Positions 1-11,762 of a DNA stretch of 64,000 bases are shown here, piece after piece. Made by a program: the position numbers and the translations under genes. The stretch is from Bigelowiella natans CCMP2755. Its lineage: Eukaryota > Protista > Cercozoa. The first letter of the stretch is position 1. Each line of letters opens with the position of its first letter. Under the pieces are notes generated by a model that worked only from the letters and a program-made list of their open reading frames with translations, searched no databases and had not been told where the DNA came from. The stretch is from the NCBI GenBank assembly GCA_000320545.1, contig ADNK01001423.1, positions 17,174 through 81,173 on the forward strand. The letters run 5' to 3'.

Positions 1-3000
1 AATCTTTTACAGTGCGTATGTCGAACTGGTCTATGTTGATGAAGAGGGTGTTCTCGAGAAAGAGAAGCTGTTGCAAGACGGCAAAGAAGTTTATTTTAGA
101 AGGACAATTCGGCAAAATGGATCAGCAGTTTATTCCATTAATGGAAAGGAAGTCTCAGCTAAGGGGTATCAGGACGTGCTCAAAAATATAGGCATACTCG
201 TCAAAGCTCGCAATTTTCTCGTGTTTCAGGTTATTTACGATTTGTATTCATCGGTTAATGTGAGAATGATGTACCAAATCAACTTTCAATCAGGGTGATG
301 TTGCAAATATTGCTCAAAAGTCTCCCTCGGAAATCACAAAAATGGTAAAAAATTTTGCCCCTTAATGCTCTGACGCAGCTCATTGACATAATCACCAGTT
401 TGAGGAGATATCCGGATCAAATTTTTTGGCTGAAAAATATGCGGAAAAGCAAGAAGCGTGCGAAGCGGTAATCTTTGATTTGTTGCACATCGATGATTTT
501 GATATTGATAACCAATTTTCAGGCTGAAGAGGAGGTTCTTCGAACCTTCAACAAAAAAAAGAGTGTTGCGAAGGAGAAAAAGCAGGTTCAAGAACAAAAA
601 CAAGAAGCAGAAATGTTCCAGAAAATGGTTGAGGACTTAAATATCAAGAAGTCTGAATTTTTCTTGTGGCAACTTCATCACGCAGAGAAGAATCTGCAAG
701 CTAATGAACAGAAGTGTGACAATGTGAATGAGAACCTGGACATTTTAAACGAAGAGATTGAAGAGGTGCAATCGAAGTTGAAGGAACATCAACGAGCAAG
801 TGGAAAATTTCGGCGAGAAGCCTTGAGCTTGGAGAAAAAGATAACCAAACAAAAACGGCAGGTGGAAAAAGCTAATCCCCAAAAAATCAGTCTATCTGCT
901 CAAATTGCAAGTCTAAGAGAGGGCGCGAAGAAAGCGGAGAAGGAACGGAAGAAGTTAGAAAAAAGTGAGAAAAAGCAGAAGCAGAAGGTTGAATCTTTAA
1001 TGTCACAGTTGGAGGATATTCAAGAAGAGAAAAACAAATTTGAGGCTGAAGAATCACAAGATGAGAACATCATTCAGGCAGAGCGACTAGAAGAATATAA
1101 TAGGAAGAAGCAGGAGGTTGGAATAAAGACTGCACAAATTCAACAAGAACTTGATGAGGTCTTAAAAGCTTTCTCGCAGAAGGAAAAGGTTCGTGAGAAG
1201 ACCGAGACGGAGATCAAAGTGTTGAATGAGGCAAAGGAAAATTCAAAACAAGCTCATAAGTACAACAATGATAAGCGTTTGAAGCTGGAGAAACACTGTG
1301 CTGATCACCAGAAGAATTTGGATAACTTCAGCAGTTCTTTGGCGGGTTTGACGCGTACGAGCGAAGATGCCACAGAAAGGTTGAAGGAGGTACGGCAACA
1401 GCTTGAAAAGTACGATCAAAAATTATTCACCGCCCAAGAGCATCGGCAAAAATCTAAAAGGGAGGCGCAGAAGTCCGAGTGCATCGATACCTTAAAACGG
1501 GTATTTAAAGGGGTGCGTGGACGATTCCATGAACTCTGTGATCTCACCAGACGGGAATATGGAATGGCCGTTACAATCGCTCTCGGCAAAAATATGGACG
1601 CAATCGTTGTGGATGAGGAGAAGGTTGCAATCGAATGCATTAAATATCTCAAGGAGCAACGTCTTGGAAAAGAAATTTTCATACCATTAGATACTATAAG
1701 AATTCAAAACAAGAATCAGGATCATTTTAGGAAATTGGGTGGCAGCTTTAAGCTCCTTACTGACGTATTTAAGTATGACGAGGATAACCACAAGGCATTG
1801 CTTTATGCTTGTGGCAACATGCTACTCTGCGACACACAGGAAGAGGCGAAGGGACTTTGCTACGCACCTGGAAACGAGGGCAAATATAAGGTTATTACGA
1901 AAGATGGAACGATCTTTCACAAGTCTGGGTCGATGTCCGGTGGATTTTCAAAAAAAGATCAGCAAAGGACGAACAAATGGAATGATAAGGAAATTGCAAA
2001 AGTACAGCACAGTCGGAATAGACTTCGTGAGGAATTACTGACTCTGGAGAGGAAAGAACGTACAGAGCGACCATCCAGAGAGTTGCAAGCTCAAATTGAT
2101 GCCGTCAAACAAAGACTTCACTTCTCTAAGATGGATCTTGAGCATATAACTAAAAGAGTTACGCAATTTGAGAATGACATCACTCGAATGGATGAAGAGC
2201 TTGTAGAAAAAAAAACATCCTTGCAAAAAATGCAGGCTGAAATTGCGAAAGATCGACAAAAAATTGATGCATTTCGTAAGAGAATATCGAAAGTTAGCGT
2301 TACAGTTTTTGCTGAATTTAGTAAGTCCGTCGGAGTTAAAAATATCGCAGAGTATGAGGAAAAGCGCCTCGCGGCTGCAGAATCTCGCGCAAAACGAAAG
2401 ATAGAACTTGCTGAAGCGGAATCTAGACTTCTGGGAGATTTAGAATACCAAAAAAGCCGCGACAACGAAAAGGCTGCAAAGGAATTGAAGAAGAAAATAC
2501 AGAATCTAAAGGCAAAGCTTGATGAGAAAGAAAGGACCCTGGAAAATTTCGATGCAGACCAGGAGAAGAAGAAACAGGATATGAAACACGATGAGAAAAT
2601 ATTGAAGGAGCTCCGAAATAAGTTAGTTGATGCTGATGCAGAAGTTACTGGAGTCAAGAGTTCAGAACAGGAGTTAAAAAAGAAGCTGACGAAATTGGAG
2701 AGGAAGAAAATCTCTATTGAAGCCGAAAGTGAGAAGCTTGCTAGTCTGCGTAGTGAGGTGATTAAGCAAGCTGACATGAACCAAGTCCAGCTTCCCAGAG
2801 TGGAGCGCAAGCACAAAAAGGGTGTAAAAGATGCAGACCATGTGGAATTTGATTACAGTCTCGTCAAAGAAAATACGGACGTTAAAGACGAGAATGAGTA
2901 TGACCGGATCAAACAGAGATATATGGACGAAATAGCTTCCACTGAGACTGACATTCAGAAGATATCCCCAAATATGAAAGCTTTTGAACAATACAATGCC

Positions 3001-3993
3001 GTGGAGGAGCGTTTGAAATCAATGAAAGATGATTTTGACAAGAAACGAACCGGGCAGAAAGTAACATAACAAAAATAAATTATTTAATTTTTGTAACCTT
3101 GTTTCTGATGTAGTTGTTTTATAATTAGGACATCGTGACAGAATTTGAGGCGGTTCTTCAAGAACGAACAGAGACATTCATGCGAATGTTTACTCATGTT
3201 AAAGAAAACATCGATGTACATCTCATACCACATTAATATTGCATTTATATACTCAAACAATTTATCCTTAAAATGGCAGGACGTTTATAAGGCTCTCACA
3301 AAAAGCCAAAAACATCCTTTGGGGGGGAATGCGTACCTAAACTTAGAGGACGAAGAGGTTTGAACAGAGCATAGAACGTTAAGTATTTTATCATAAATAT
3401 TTCATTCTTTCAGAAACCTTTCCTTAGTGGCATAAAATACAATGCTATGCCACCTGGCAAACGATTTCGGGATATGGACCAATTATCTGGCGGAGAGAAA
3501 ACGGTATTTGAGACAAATGATTGTAAGTGAGCATCATAGATACTCATTAAATATTGTGCATATAATTGCAGGTTGCGGCACTAGCTTTGCTATTTGCAAT
3601 TCATAGCTGCCATCCAGCTCCATTTTTTGTTCTCGACGAAGTAGACGCAGCTCTTGACAGCGCAAACGTCAACAAAGTGTCCAACTATGTTAGGTACGTT
3701 TTTGTTAATTGGGGATGACGGCATTTTAAATAAAGTTTTTGTGTAGGTCGAGAACAAGAGAAGAGGCCCTCCAGTGTATAGTGATTTCTTTGAAAGATAC
3801 CTTCTATCACAAGGCGGACGCATTAGTTGGCATATATAAAGACCAGGAAGAAGAGACATCAGGATCACTTACAGTTGATCTTTCTCAATATGGAAAGAAT
3901 GTGAAGTTGTCCCATAGTGCAATATTTGGAACCCAGGATTCCAGCTTACAAGACTCGGCCGAATTAAAGGTAGGAACAGATTCAACATTATGA
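1..3993 (+). CDS. SMC1: Cohesin subunit SMC1 (multi-exon, 5' partial; start lies upstream of the window)
   Basis: The N-terminal head reads [12 protein letters not shown]|[17 protein letters not shown]|FEEISGS across GT-AG introns (230-293, 345-397, 467-522). A 2.5-kb exon (about 523-3060) encodes coiled coil and hinge ([35 protein letters not shown]). C-terminal exons give [21 protein letters not shown]|[26 protein letters not shown] and [20 protein letters not shown]. Stop at 3991-3993. Confidence 0.96.
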
Positions 3994-4721
3994 GTTTAGG
4001 GCGCTGAAATATCTATGTAATAGGCATCCCCAACTCCCAGTCGTTCATCTAGAAAACGTCACCGATGAAATTCATCTTCAGATTAAGAAAGTTAAGATAT
4101 CTGGATGTGTAAAAATCCGAGTCTAAAATATCGTTGGTGAAGATGCTTCTATGAACTGAAATATGAAAGATATTCTCATCAACGTAACGTTCATATGCCA
4201 ACATTATGTGTAAAATAGAAATTCACAGATGTGCTGCCAACGTAAGATGGCGCTATACATTGCGTACCAAAGCAGGCCCATCAGTCATTTTTAAAACGAT
4301 GAGGTAGCGGCATTGCGGCGGCAACTTACTATTATTGCTATTTACATAAGTGTGCTGCGCTGCGAGTGCTACTACTCTTGTCGCCCTGCGGTAACTAAAT
4401 CTTTGCATGAATGCACACTTACACTAGGCAGCTTGAGTCTGTTTAGCTGTCTCCAATGCTTTGCATATCTGCATCTTATAGTCTTCGCGCTTTCTTTGCG
4501 TAATTGCTCATGCACAGCGCTAGACGAAGCGCCGACGCATGTGCTAGTATGTGACAAACATTACTAGATTATTATGATACAAATATCGGTCATGTAAGCT
4601 TGTCGAGCGCTACTTCACACCACTAGACTAGTAAACTACTGAAAAAATGCAGGAATATATTCCAGTAATTACTATCATGGATTTGCGCGTTTGAGTGTCT
4701 GTAGGCTTATATTATAGTCAT
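3994..4721. other. Convergent (tail-to-tail) spacer 1, SMC1 / RasGAP-PIPK; moderately CTAG/GCGC/CATG-rich core about 4250-4650
   Basis: Lies between the SMC1 stop (+) and the PIPK stop (-). Contains e.g. GCGCTAGACG, GCATGTGCTAG, CACTAGACTAG. This is the weakest example of the spacer class. Confidence 0.6.
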
Positions 4722-7700
4722 CTACTGGTTGCAAGCAGGTATAAAGTATTCCTTTACATAATCAAAAAGTAGTTTGCCGCAGTTGTTTGCGTCTGACAAA
4801 CTACTCTTTACCGGCCGGAAAATCACCATTTCAAATGCTGGGACACAAACCTTATCATTCGTTCGCCATAGGACTGGTGTTAAGGAGATTGTGTCGTAAG
4901 TAAAATAGCAACAATTGATTTTCACACTATGAACATGTACCTTTGGCGCTATTGCAGAATGTTGGTCTCCCTCCCATAGTATTGTACGCCTCCAAAAATT
5001 TTCAAGCTTTCTCTTCGTGTTGTACCTGGAAAGAAAACTCAGCTTGAAGATAGGAGAAAAAATTAACGTATTGAGGTTACTTACTCGCGCATTATATCAA
5101 TGATGCCTACGTAAACGACTCTCTTCCTCATTCTGCCCTTTCTTTCAACTGGTGTGCTAGGGATTCCATGGAAAATTGTCGATTCTCTCAATGTGCTATC
5201 GGCCATTCCACTAGATTTGGACCCCTACTCGTCGTTTAGAATCGAGTTGTTAACAATATAACACCATATTCCACCCCACCATCCCCATCATCACAATCAT
5301 CACGACGCATTCATTTACGGAGGTCCACTCACTGATTCATGTGATGTTGATGTTGATGATGATGATGATGAGGATGAGGATGATGATGATATCGAACAAA
5401 ATGATGATCACGAAATAGTATTTTTACTCTTAAGTTCTCTGATTCTTGCATCAGCTTTTGCTGTAGCCTAACAACAACATTCCATTATATCTTAGCTTGT
5501 AGCATTAGTACACTGAAAGAGATGGAATTTACCGCAAGCTCATCTTGTAGATAAGAGCACGTTGCTTACGCAGTCTGATACACAAATTATTAATAGGCTG
5601 CTGCTGAGTACGATGAGGTAAAGATTTTTATGGATTTATTGTGCACATACACGGAATTGTTTTGAAAGTCGTCCTCGTTCAGAGCCCAAACTTCCTGGTT
5701 GTTCAGTAGCCCGTAATGTCCATGGTGCTGTAGTATATAAACCATTCCAATAAGGACAGGATAGCGGAGGACCGGGACATACAAAATTTAGTGTAACGTG
5801 GCATTATGGATGATACCAATTTTGCTACGACTATATCTTCTTTTTCTTTATATTTTTCCTTACTCCGCTTTCTTCGAACAACTTTCGCTGTGACTCCATA
5901 GTACGTTCAACGTATACTCCCACAATAAGTCGGTATCCCTACCAGCACCATTATACCGGTGACCACCACTCAGATTAGAAATTAGTAGCATGAGAAAAAC
6001 GACAACAAGGACACGTTGCTACATCGATGAAATTATACCTGAATCCGATGTTTAACTAGCCATTTGATATCGTTCTTTAGCTGTTGAACGACCTTACCAC
6101 CTGCATGGGCGAGTCGTAGCCCTTCATCCTGGAAGTCTCTGTCTTTGAGAACCTGCACTGCTTGCCTGTACCATGTTTCATTAAAAAAAATGACTCGCTC
6201 AAACTTTGTCATTATTAGAGGAAGAAACGAAAAACCATCATCAGCTTTTATAGCAGTAGTCTCACCGTCTCTCCATCTCAGAAGAAGTGCGGTCGCTTGT
6301 TGCTTTGAGGTCGTAACGACTGTGGAGAATCTGCTGTCCGTAACATACATTCGCCATGACAACCCAATAGCTTGTTTTTCCATGATATGTGATTTCATAC
6401 ATGCCCAGGATTCTTGCAAGGAGTGAATCTTTGTTGTCGCGCACATGCTGGTAATACGGTTTCAGAAGAGAAAGAAAGTATTTAAACTCTGTTTCAGACT
6501 GGTTCTTAATGATAAATCGTTTATCATACGTGTAAATGAAAGCTCCTCCACTCTTTTTGCTGTGAACAATGTCGGCGTAAGGTAAGTTAATGGCCAGTGA
6601 CACCATTATTTGCTCCATCAATACACCGAAGACGTTCTGTAGCTTCATAAATATCATTGGCGCATGTGCAAGTACTACGTAATTAGAACGTTGTCCACTC
6701 TCTGCCTCTTCCTTGATTTTTTCCTCCACCATGTCAGAAGTTACACTCATTTTTGCTTCAAACTCACTGTCCTTTGTCCCCCTAGGAATATTTCTCTCCA
6801 AGCTCAAACTCACATATTCCATCCCAGATAATAGCATGAATATTTCTTGTAGTATCCTTGCTGTTCTATTGTTCTTCTGCTTAATTTCAGCTTCAGTGAT
6901 AAATATTCTCACTTTCCGTAAATTTCCCTCTCTTGATACTCCAGGCATCATATTTTTCTTCATATTTTCTCCCCCACCACCACCCCCATCATCATCATCA
7001 CCTCCTCCTTCTTTATCACAGGGTTGCTGCATTGTCCTCCCTTCCTCGGGAAGCAGTAGTAACAAGTACTGGCGTAAATCCTTTCGCATTTGGAGCAAGT
7101 GATATGAAGCTAGCTTGTTATTCTGATTGCTTTCCAAGTGCGAGAGATGTTCATCTGGTAGCCTGCAAAACTGTGCAAGATACATGTCCATTCTAGATCT
7201 TGCTCCTCTCAACCATGGATTCAAAAATGCTAGGTGGCTGGAAGAAGGATATAGTTTGTTATTGCTGGAAGTCATCAAAACTTTACACAGTAGCTTGATA
7301 TTCGTTCTCATAGCATCTCCTTCTAGAGCTTCCAAGACTCGTTGAGGGTTGTAGAAGCCGTTTTCTTCATCAGGAGCCTCAAGAAGGCCTGATGGATATA
7401 GTAATTTCGGGTTGAGAAGTCGGAGGAACACAAACCCACCGATCAGCCGCAACACACCCGAATCAACTCCATGCGAGCTTGTTCTTGGGGTTGCTGGGAC
7501 GGATTTTATACCAGTACTGTTGGTACTTCCTCTAGAAATCACCACATCGTCGTTTCTCATCTGCAGAATATTCGGTTTGAGGAAGCCTCCCCCCCCTTGC
7601 GTCGACGATCTTGGAGTAGTAGTAGCGTTTCCAGGTGGTGGAAACTTCTTACTCACAGCGGCGAATAAAGAGTTGACGACAAGCTGAAAATCTGAACTTC

Positions 7701-8742
7701 CCGAACCAGAATCTACTATGGCTGTAACCATCTTATCACACCATTGCAGCAATTCTTGCTGGTTGCGTTCTAAAATCTCTTTATCGCTCACCTTTTCCGG
7801 ATCTACTTCAAGAATCCGTGCTTCAACTGATGAATGTGCAGGGGTTAAAGATTGTGTGATATCAACTAAGAATGAGCTGAGACTGCGATTTAGGTGAGAC
7901 ATAGAATTCACCGCAGCACATAGAGCAAGCTCAGTCCCATACGACGTAGTTCTCAATGCACTTCCATGGGATTTTGCTTCATTTAATTCCTTCATAAGTT
8001 GACCGTATAGTAGTCGAACTCGCCAGGCAGGAGACAGCAAATTAATAAATGCTGCCACAGCATGTGGACGTATAAGATGTGGATCTCCAGATATCATATC
8101 AATCCTTTTCCTGTGTTGCATGGTGAGCACGCTCATTCGCACGTTTCTGCGGCCATGTTTTATTGACTTCCCCAGCATTCTGTTGATTGTCCATACTGCT
8201 GCCCAATCCTGTGCCATTTGTTGCAAGACGGCGTCTAATTTGCTCTCAGTTTCAGGTATGGAGGATGATTCTTCCAGAACCTTAAGCTCCTCGTGCGATG
8301 GGAGCGAAGAAGTCCGGTCTTTAAATTCTATATCTTGCTCCTCTTCAATTGCCATTAGAGGGTTGGTAAGCGACTTTTTGCCTTTCTCAACAGCAGAGTG
8401 TCGTTCAGATCCCTCTGCAAATCTACTACTATCCCCTTTCGCAGCCGACGATGATGATTCAGTAAAACCATGTTCATCATGATTCCACAAGCTTTCCTCA
8501 TCTACAATTTCAAATGAACTTGCTTCGATCCAGCGCGAAACCACTCCCTTGTAGATATCACTGTTCTTATCTTTTATCATCTCCTGAAGTTTTCTTGATA
8601 GTTCCAGGCAACTTTCCGCATTTCCCCCACTGTCTCCGGGAAGAACGTCGAGCACAAATGTTGTCGACTCCTCGCTATTATTGTTATTCAACGGCCCTCT
8701 ATGCTCACCATAAGAGGACGCAGATTTGTCGCGATTTTTCAT
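4722..8742 (-). CDS. RasGAP-domain + phosphatidylinositol-phosphate kinase (PIPK/PIP5K)-domain fusion protein; multi-exon, 5' end unresolved (may extend to about 9480)
   Basis: One open frame (6262-8742) carries RasGAP motifs (LIGGFVFLRLLNPKLLYP; NIKLLCKVLMTSSNN; HLAFLNPWL), then PIPK motifs (SKKSGGAFIYTYDKRFIIK; SLLARILGMY; VVMANV; HSRYDLKAT). Downstream minus-strand exons give VLKDRDF, QQLKNDIKWLVKHRIQ|GYRLIVGV, VYVGIIDIMRE|YNTKRKLENFL and a last exon ending PACNQ* at 4722. Confidence 0.88.
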
Positions 8743-9095
8743 ATGAAACTGTGATATGTCTTACAGGCCACAAGATTTATATAGACGCCTTGGTGCAGAT
8801 TCATTCAGGTACATCAGAAATGTGCTCAATATTGCCATGGATCTAACACTCCTCGGTGCGGTTCTTGTGATAATATGGAAGAGTGAATGTGTTTGAGTGC
8901 CCCCCAATGAGTTCGGATAGCAACATCCAGTACTTATTTAGTGCCAGCGGATAGGATGGCAATTTGACACCAATGGATACAAGTCATCAATTGTATCTAT
9001 CCTTCATCAATCCTATCTATCTATGTATTGTTGTGAATAACAAATGCTTTCCTACAGGACGAAGATGAAGTCTCCTCCTCTCCTCCTCCTCCTCC

Positions 9096-9126
<31 letters not shown>

Positions 9127-9501
9127 AACTAGCAACTATCTAATTAGAAATAGAACTATGAGAATTGACGAAGAGGGCACTTTTTTTTAAATTTTATACT
9201 AAGTTGTCGCTCCTCAAAACCATAGGGGAATTTTCCGTCCTTTGCAAATTAGCCGTGGGTAAACTCGAATGTGTGGGGGACTGCATTGTAACATTTTTGC
9301 AACGATTACATTAAAAATTACGAATGTGTCAATGCCCGAGATTCGCGCATCTACAGAGTGTTCTATCCTTACGACAAGCGCTATATTGTAAAGTTCAGTA
9401 AAAGCGCTCCCACTTCCAGTCTCAGCAGGCCCCGAGACGAAGGCGGCCCGCTTCCCTCGCTCCCTAGTACAAAACACCAATTGGCAAGCTCATTCGGAGC
9501 A

Positions 9502-10707
9502 ATGGCAGAAGGCGAACAGATAACTGAGAGAAGAAAACGACATAGCTCGAAAGAGAAATCTGGAAAGTCTCATAAGATTCCACCGTGCTCTCATCACATC
9601 AAACGGAGACATTGTAGAAAAAGAGGGCGTGAGGAAAAGAATGTTGTTCATCTTACCCGGTTGATTCACCGAGGGCCTAAATTTGAAGTATGGTCTGGTA
9701 TTGGCGGTAGAAGTGCAGCGATGGCCGTCAAGTTGATCTCTCCAAAGCTTGAAGGAAAAGAAAAAATTATCAATAAAAATGTCATTAGACATGAGGCAGA
9801 GCTTCTACGTTCATTGCCTTCACATCCGCATATTATTTCATTTTATTCTTACTGTGATCAATCTACCTGGATGACAAAGACTAGCATTTACGAGACTTCT
9901 GCGCTTGTTGTCGAGCTGGGGGAATTTGATATCTTGGAAGTTCTTAAGTTTAGTAAGGGCTTCACTGAAGGGGTAGCCTATATTGTAAGCATGTCGCTTC
10001 TCTCAGCAATCAAGCACTTACATTCAGAGGGGGTAGCTCATGTTGATATAAAGCCCGAACAATTGGTTGTTACATCAAAATCAGTTGTGAAGCTAATTGA
10101 CTTTGGCACTGGCTCAAGGTCGCAATTTGTAGAAAAGCCCACGGGAACAGAGGGATATCTCGCTCCTGAGATGATGAATGTCCGATATAAGAAAAGGGTA
10201 GATCTGCTAGCCGCTGATATGTGGTCTATTGGTGTAGTCATATTCACTTTAGTGTGCGGCTTTCCACCATTTCGGGTACCAAGTTTGCAGGACCCCCTCT
10301 TTTCTCTATTCCACAAGAAAAGACGAAAATTTTGGATGTTAGTTCGTTCACGTGGAATTAAAATATCTTCTCTTGCCCAAAAATTTATCGATGATCTTTT
10401 GAAAGTTCCAACTGGTAAGCGATTAACAGCACCAAAAGCCCTTACCCACCAATGGATGCAACGCCACCAATTACTCCAAGAACAAAATGGACGGGAGTTT
10501 CGAATTCTTCTTCAAAAATATCGATCATCTATGAAAGGTAAGCTCAAATATCTCGATGGTAAGAAGAGTGGAAAATTAACACTGGTTCGTCAAATGTTCA
10601 AGAGGAACTGCCTCAAAAAGCGTAAAGCGGTTATGCAAAATAGTTTTGAATGTGCTCGCAACCGGCAATCTCGAAAGGTCGTACGAAGGAAATGCTCCAA
10701 GCAATAA
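9502..10707 (+). CDS. Intronless Ser/Thr protein kinase (CAMK-group-like) with basic C-terminal tail
   Basis: Uninterrupted ORF (frame open from 9358, first ATG at 9502). Motifs: AVK, HEAELL, HPHII, HVDIKPEQ, KLIDFG, GTEGYLAPE, DMWSIGVVIFTLVCGFPPF and KRLTAPKALTHQW. Confidence 0.9.
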   Translation: MAEGEQITERRKRHSSKEKSGKSHKIPPCSHHIKRRHCRKRGREEKNVVHLTRLIHRGPKFEVWSGIGGRSAAMAVKLISPKLEGKEKIINKNVIRHEAELLRSLPSHPHIISFYSYCDQSTWMTKTSIYETSALVVELGEFDILEVLKFSKGFTEGVAYIVSMSLLSAIKHLHSEGVAHVDIKPEQLVVTSKSVVKLIDFGTGSRSQFVEKPTGTEGYLAPEMMNVRYKKRVDLLAADMWSIGVVIFTLVCGFPPFRVPSLQDPLFSLFHKKRRKFWMLVRSRGIKISSLAQKFIDDLLKVPTGKRLTAPKALTHQWMQRHQLLQEQNGREFRILLQKYRSSMKGKLKYLDGKKSGKLTLVRQMFKRNCLKKRKAVMQNSFECARNRQSRKVVRRKCSKQ

Positions 10708-11762
10708 AATCAAATTAAGTTTTAATCTTCTCAAGAAATCCTGACATTTTGCAATTTTCATTTTATTGACTTCTTCTCATGAATTAATCAACTGTCATCA
10801 GCAAATTTTCCTGAGAAAATACGATTGGCATCAAATATTATAGGAATTTCCCAATAAATGTAACAAAAATGCAGCTGTCTTGTCTGGAAGCAGACTTGCA
10901 TGAGCGGCTACAGTCTGAGAATATAAGAAACAAGAAATGTGAAGTTAGGATAATTTGTTTTATTTTTAGTTGAAATGACTCAAAGGAGCTGCTGATTTCG
11001 CAGTCGTAGGACCCGCCATTATCGCCATGCTAGCATGTGCTGGAATTTCTCTAGTTCTGTTTGACCAATCTAGCAATGTTGAATTGTTACGAAGTGATAT
11101 CAAAGTGTACCATCATGTGGTTAAGGCAATGCTAGGATGGCTTATTTTCCCCAAGCCAACTTGTTCTCGATGTGCTCAATGCATGTGCACTCTAGCTAGC
11201 TTAGAGGCTATTCTTACATGCTAGCATGAACAATGTGTGAGATGTCTCTGTTGTGATGAGCTAGCTAGACACTGCGATGCATATATGCATCTAATATGGA
11301 ACGCCGTAGCGCACAATGAGATATTTGTGAACATTGCACGTGATTCACATCTAGCAGACATGCTAGCATGGCTAGATGGTAGCATAGGCGTAAAAGGTTT
11401 GTCGCATCACACCCTCTGATGATAGGCAGATAGGCCTAGAGAATGCAACGTAGATAGTGCCAACGATACTAGTAAGTATTCGCAGTATGGCATAACGCCA
11501 TAATCAGCTCGTCATGCTTATTCTAGTATTACATAGCAGCATCATATCCCCACATAATAAGCACACGCTAGCGTAGCATGCTAGCATGTTATGTGTTTAC
11601 ATCAATCAACGGGAAGACGAATATTCACGTCGGCAAATACATTCGTCTAGTCAATGCATACCAGTTTATCCACAAAGTAACGCACGGAACGTGCGTCCTA
11701 CTATCTAAAATAGGTGAACACGAAAAACGTCCATCTTCCTCAAAGATCTTTTCTGCTCGTTT
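10708..11762. repeat. Convergent spacer 2, kinase / hydrolase; palindrome-rich core about 10890-11660
   Basis: Four exact CATGCTAGCATG copies (11026, 11217, 11359, 11577), plus many CTAG, GCTAGC and TGCA words. No credible coding exons. Confidence 0.8.

Noticed and set aside
2118-2816. 232-aa minus-strand ORF (also 13265-13849 +, 26569-26922 - and similar)
   Set aside because: Antisense shadows of real coding exons (SMC1, hydrolase, RAD50) with no recognisable motifs.
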